From NCBI RefSeq assembly GCF_009914755.1, contig NC_060925.1: DNA of 64,000 nucleotides. The stretch is one strand, 5' to 3'. Shown piece after piece: positions 54,407 through 64,000 of this stretch (its first letter is position 1; each line of letters begins with the position of its first letter). Origin of the DNA: the human T2T-CHM13v2.0 reference genome, Homo sapiens. The notes under the pieces are model-generated. The model saw nothing but the letters and a program-made list of their open reading frames with translations, searched no databases and had not been told where the DNA came from. Position numbers and translations under genes: made by a program.

Positions 54407-56393
54407 AGCAGATTGCAAAAGCAGTGCACATCTTGTAATAAAGATGCTTATGATCATTATTTCAGTTCTGGGGAAATTCTAAATCCTTGGCGCCACTTAT
54501 TGCACAACAGAGGCAGGGCCTGGGGCAGTGCTGCTTCTGCGCCATCTCTCTCAGACCTGGAGCTGGCTCCAGATTTCTGCTGCCTGAGAATATTTCAGGG
54601 AAGTTTCCCCTAGAAACTGAGAAGCCTAAACGTGAGTTGGGTTTTTATTCCCTGTGTGACCATGGCCATGTTAATTCACCTCTCTGGGCTTCTATCTCAG
54701 CATCTGTGAAGTGGGCATAATAGTGGCATCTATTTATACGTCATTTATGCCTGTCAAGTGCTTGTGCCTGGCACAGGGTAGGTGCTCACTCAGTGGTTGC
54801 TCTGCTTGTTTATATCACAATGTGGCAGGCACTGGGCCAGGTGCCAGGCACTGAGAGATGAATAGAATGTAACCAGCCCTTAGGACACTTATGATTTACC
54901 AGAGGAGATGGCACAAAAAGCATATTAAAAAGCAATGTGGCAAATTAAATGGTAGTAATCCTACCAAGTGATAGTGCTCCTGGGATTGGGTTCCTCTCAG
55001 ATGCTCCCCAGGGGCTACTGGAGTGATGTCAGGTAAGGCAGGACACCAGGAAACACCCATTCTCCCGGGCTCTCTGCAGAGCAGGCAGCTTTTGGACCTA
55101 CCCGCTTCAAGGAGCTGAAGAAATGCCTTCCTCCTCACCTCTCAGGCTCACAGGGAACATTTTTCAAAGGGAAAAACTCTTTTTTTTTTTTTTTTTGTAG
55201 TCATCCAATGTTTTCAACCCTAGGGCAATGGTTAGGGAGAGAGGACATCTTGTGGGTGGCCTATAACACGGTCAGTAACCTTATGCCACAAAGACTACAC
55301 ATGACATAGAAAGGTACTTATGTTGTGCACCGAGGAGGCACTGACCCTGTGCATTCCCAGCACCTCAGAACCGCTAGCTCTGTGCAAACCTTCCAGCCAC
55401 CTCGGGCCCAGGAAGGCGGGGTGGGGGCCTTGATTCAGAAAAGGCAGAGACACTGCAGTCCTGGGGAGGGGTGATGTCTAGAGCCTGAGAGGAGCAGTGG
55501 AGCACTCACGGGAAATGCAAAGCAGACGCAAGACCAGGCCCAGAGCCTGGCGGAAGTGGGGAGGGGTGGGGCAGGTGTGGGGCATTAGTTGGGGAGGGGC
55601 TTGCTAGGAGGAGGTGACTTCAGAAGGCATCTGCGGACTGTGGTCTGGGACTCTGCTGGATGTGGCATGGCTTTGCCACCCTCAACTCTGGTGTGTTAAA
55701 GAGGTAAAGGTCACACGTACACATGGATGAGGACAGGGAAGACACACAGGAAACAAAAACAGATTTGTTAGGGCTGTCGAAGAGTGGTTTGCTTATTTTG
55801 AGGCCTCTCCCCATTTCTCTTTTCCTTATCAGGATGTGTACGGCACCCGCATCCCCTCCATCTGCACCCGCAGCCACAGCCACAGCCACAGCCAGCGCTA
55901 TGTCCCGTTGCCATTCACATTCATACCTGCAACGTACACTCATACATGTGTCGGATATTTGCGAAGAAGCTCCCTTTCCCACCTAGGTAAATGCTAGCTT
56001 CCAGAAATTTGAAAAAAAATGAGTGTAATTCCTACTGGGTTGGTTCCCAGCAGGCCTTTGTCTTTCCTTCTCCCTCCTCCAGGCCCCTCTTCTTTCCTTT
56101 CCTTTCCTTTCCCTCCTCTACCTCTTTCCCTTCCTATTCTTCTGCTCCTCCTCCCTCCCAGCTGGTTCCCTATTTCCCTTACCCCCTCAAACATCTCCCC
56201 TCTCTCCATCCCCACTCCCAATCTGCCAAACCCACCCCCACCTAAAAATGTGGACCGTGGAGTCTCTGACCGAGGTTTCCTTTCCCAACATGGGGAGCCC
56301 GGGCTGGCTGCGATTTGTTGGGGACAGGTAAGAAGGTGCAAACTTGGGGGTTCAGAGGGAGGGCGGGGGGGGTGGCTGGGATGCATGGGGTAG

Positions 56394-58080
<1,687 letters not shown>

Positions 58081-59508
58081 GTCTACTTTTATGTGGACTG
58101 TACCAGCCACGGCCTCCTGACTCCCGACTCCCGACTCCCCTGCATTGCTTCATCTCCTGCCCTCTCCGCTCTGCACTTTGAGGATCTCTGCAAACTCCAC
58201 TCACATTAGCCTTTCAGTTCCAGATGGCCGGGCCCCTCCCTACCCCAGACTGCACCTGCTGTGCCCTTCTCCAGTCAACTCCCACCATCCTTTGAAACTC
58301 AACTCAGTATCACTACCTTGGGAGAGCCTTCCCTGGTGTCTCAGTCCAGCTCAGGCCCTGATTATATCTCCCCCAGCCACTGTACTTCCATTTCCTTCCA
58401 TGTATCACAGTCATAAGATGCAGTTTCGCTGCAGCTTCAAGGGTTAAGTTCCATGAGAGCAGGTGGAATTTCTTTGTTGGTCACTGTCTTATCTTCAGAA
58501 TCTAGCACTGTGCTTTGCATATAGTAATAATTATTATTTTAATAGCAAAAATATCTATTGTACCACGTGCCAGAAACCCTTCTAAACAGGTTACATATTT
58601 AGCTCCCCTGTTCTTCTCAATACCTCTGTGAGTATTTGATTATTGCCAGTTTATGGACAAGATATCTGAGGCCCAGTTTGCTTGAGATCACACAGCTAGT
58701 AAGTGGAAAAGCTGGGGTTCCAACCCAGACAATCTGGCTCCAGTGTTAATGTTCTTTATAATACTGGGTTGCTTCTCAAATGCAGTATATCTTCGTTGAC
58801 TGAATGACAGCATGAGAGAGAAAGAGACAGAGGCAATTAGGAAATGGTAAGAGAATACAGCTAGTTAAAGACCAGAGTGAATGAAATTACCATTTGTCTC
58901 TGAAGGGCTCCTTGATGGTTGTTGATCGACTGACTGATGTAGTCTGGAACAGGGACATGTAACCTGCCCCAGCCTCTCTTTCCTTCTGGGGATCAATAGC
59001 CTGGGTCCTTCTCAAGGGGCATGTTGGAAGGATGCCACAGGGTGCCACAGTACCGAGCTGCCTGGGGTAGAGACAGCCTGGGCTGCAGGTAATGACCACT
59101 GAGATGTGCAGGACACCAATTAAAAAGCTTCAGTCCATTGTCTCCAGCAGTTCCGGCTCAGTTCCAGCCCTTTTTAGAGAAAGATACTGGATTGCCCAGG
59201 GGACCCCCAAGGCCCTTGCCCCCATTCCTGCATCTGGTCCAGGCTCTGGCCACATCCGGGGCCTTGTTACAGACTTTTGGGGCATTTCCTCAGCCTCCTC
59301 CAGTCACCCTGTGTCAGGAAATGTTGCTATCCAATTGTAATGTCTAAAAGGAATTTTCCCCGACAGTGAGAATATAATTGAGGAGCCTCGGGGAATGTTA
59401 TTCTCCTCCCTGGGGACACCTGGAGAGCATAACCTCCATCCACAGGGCTGCAGGGCTGGTTCTGCGAGCTCATTCATTCAGCAAGTCAGGGCATTTCAGT
59501 TGTCCCTG

Positions 59509-60727
<1,219 letters not shown>

Positions 60728-60738
60728 TAAAATCTTGT

Positions 60739-61450
<712 letters not shown>

Positions 61451-61459
61451 CTTGCCTTA

Positions 61460-62330
61460 TTATGTTAAGGGAAAGAAACCATTCATACATTAAATCCATT
61501 TATATGAAATTCAAGAACTGGCAACACAAATCTGGTGGTAGAAATTAAAACAGTGGTGGTCTCTGGTGGAAATTTTCTAGGGTGATGGAAGTATTCCATA
61601 CCTTGATTTAGATGTTGGTTATATGGGTGTATACATTTGTCTAAACGTGTTGAATGGTACACTTAAAATCTGTGCATCTTACTGAACATAAATTATAATT
61701 ATATCTCAAACAAACGAACAAAACAACTTTTTCTCTGTCCTTGGGAAGAAGAGATTTTCCCACTCTTCTTCATTGTAAAGAGGTAGATGGCTGGGGCCCC
61801 CAGGAAGCAGTTAAATGTGGTAGAAAACACATTGGCTTTGGAGTCAGGCTCTGATTCTGATTCTATTTTGCCATTTGTGGCCTTGGACAAGCTGATCTCC
61901 AATTTTCTAATCTTTAAAATGGGCTGGGAGAGTGTTGTGATGATGAAATGAACTAATACAGTAAAGTGCCTGGCATATAGCTGGTGCCCAAGCAGCTCCT
62001 TCTGCAGGAAGCCTTCCCTGACTTCTCCAGACCTGGTCAGGTACCTTCATTTCCACACACCAGCCTTGATGCATGTGTCATTCAAAGCCGTGTGTCAACA
62101 ACAGTGCAGATCTTTGACAGTCACAGACCTTTGTGGGTATTTACTGAATAGTCAAACGGCAAATATGGAATCTGCAAATGCCAAGAGCCTACTATATTGG
62201 AACATTTTTATCTTTCTGGTCCCTACTCTCTCCTAGGCTTTCAGATCTTGAGGGTACAACGTGGTTATTTCTCAGCTTTGCTTCTCCCCAGCTGTCAAAA
62301 GTGCTCAATAAATATTTGACCACTGAGTAA
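61460..62330. mobile_element. L1ME, MIR and L2 fragments
   Basis: ttctagggtgatggaagtattc..gtacacttaaaatctgtgcat (L1M); ggctttggagtcag (MIR); gtgctcaataaatatttg (L2). Confidence 0.65.
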
Positions 62331-64000
62331 CTTTTAAGTTACTCATGCATGAGTAATTGAATAAATGCATGAAAGAATGCATACACTAGTGAATGTATGA
62401 ATAATAGAATGAGACAATTAGTGCATAAGTGGGGGAAATAGGTGAATGGTGAATCAAGAAATGAGTAGAGAATTAAAGGAGTGAAGGTGAAGGAATGAAT
62501 GAAGCAAAGCTGGTTACCTTTCTTCCAAAGGGCTATGTGCTGGTGACAATACAAATGGGCCCATTCCAGAGCCCTGGAGAGAGTTAGAGCTGGTCCACCT
62601 GACAGACAGCCACGAGTGACAGCCCAGCCACTGGGGTCCTCCAAATGTACTCATTCTGGAAACTTCTCCTTTCCTTCCAGCCACTATCTGCCACCCCTCC
62701 ATGGAGCTAGGGACGCCAAGGGACTGTGAGGCAGGGCATGACTCCAGGGGGCAGAGAGCTAAGTGCATGGCTGTCCTCTCTCTTCCCAAACCCTTGTCAC
62801 AGGCCGTGAGGGCCTGCTGCCTCCCCTGATGCCATGTTCCTGAGCAGATGTTCCTCCTGTCTTGTCAGCAACAGAGCGGCTGTCAGGAGTCCGCATTATA
62901 TATCTGCTCGGTAACGTTTACTGGGATTTAGTGTTTAACAACTGTCACTCCAATATATCTTTTCTTAATCCCTTCAGATCTGCTGCTGTAGCAACTTTAA
63001 ATATTTATCAACACTGTTCGTGTGTTCGTTGGTTGGGTTGCAATTTTCTTGTAATTAAAGATTTACAAGACACTGCTCCAGACTTAGGAAGGATTGGTAG
63101 AGAGCAAAGAGGGAGGGGAGGAGAGCTCTGGTCTTGGAATCTGTTGTTTGGAATCCAAAGCTAGAATTCACTCTCCTGGGAGAGGTGGAAGCTCATTCAC
63201 TGGTTCCCATAAGCCCTCTCCTTTCCTTCTCTTTCACACGGCCCCATGTTCAAAGTGGACCTCACGGTAAGATACAGACCAGGGTGTGGTTCTTCCTTCC
63301 TCTGGAGTCCCTGCTATGTGCCAGGCAGGGGCTAGGTGCTGAGGGACAGCAGGGAGCAGACAGAAAAGGTCCCTGCTGACATGGCGCTTCCATTCCAGTG
63401 GCAGAGACAGACAATACACAAGGAAACAAAGACATGTTTTAAAATCAGTTTAGATTTTGAAAAATGCAGATGTTGACTGAGGATGGGACCTTAGTATCAG
63501 AGTTCTTTATTGCAAGCAATATAAATTAGTTCTGGAAAACTTAAGCAAAAAGAAATTTCTGGAAGGATAAGGGGAGTTCTCAGGATCAAAGGAAAGAAGA
63601 AGAGAGAAAAAGAATAAAAGAAGGCACAGGAACCAGTGCTATTTTGGGCATCTTTATGGCAGGCACTCAAAGACAGTCTCTTCAGGGGGTGGCCACTGGG
63701 ACAAATACCTCCCAACGGTGTTCTGGGTTTGTGATACTTTGTTTAGGATTCACAGTCCAGGGACAAAGGCCCTCACTCTTTGGCCAGGGGAGAGCAGGAT
63801 GAAGACCAGGGACTTGTGATTGACAGTTTCATCAGGACTGTATCCACTGGGGGAGGAGGAGTTATCCAAAGCAAGATCTGGCGATGCCGCAGGAAGGGGC
63901 TCCAGGTGATGGACCTGGGCATGCTGAAACATCAGTGTGCACTGTACTGCAGGCCATTCTAAGCTGTAACCAGGACAAAGATAGGAGCTGGGCCCATGAA

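Overview
Human (primate) genomic DNA, recognisable as the MDM4 (MDMX) locus at 1q32.1. The window opens in intron 3 and holds MDM4 coding exons 4-11 on the + strand. These splice with GT-AG junctions and consistent phases into V52-A490 plus stop (1320 nt). An Alu-rich 3'UTR of about 8.4 kb ends at an ATTAAA poly(A) site near 28528. About 35 kb of repeat-rich downstream sequence follows (towards LRRN2, which is not in the window). Other elements are the 5' end of an antisense PEF1 retrocopy at 1-113, a 5S rDNA orphon with spacer flanks at about 32530-33137, solo LTRs (MER57A1, LTR8, MST, MLT1), DNA transposon fossils (Tigger4b, MER30, MER20, MER5, MER102) and many Alu/L1/L2/MIR copies. There is no CRISPR, tRNA or prokaryotic system. 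The most unusual observations are: (i) a twice-present 3'UTR cassette ending in a 39-nt LTR8 poly(A)-signal hairpin with an A-rich tail; (ii) a 5S rDNA repeat-unit fossil that appears to lack the Alu of the modern unit; (iii) a frame-compatible cluster of exon-like segments at 41-49 kb; (iv) an Alu-derived 65-nt cryptic exon that could replace exon 6 in frame; (v) a templated-insertion scar at a Tigger end. Family names and reference comparisons come from memory of consensus sequences; repeat boundaries are approximate.
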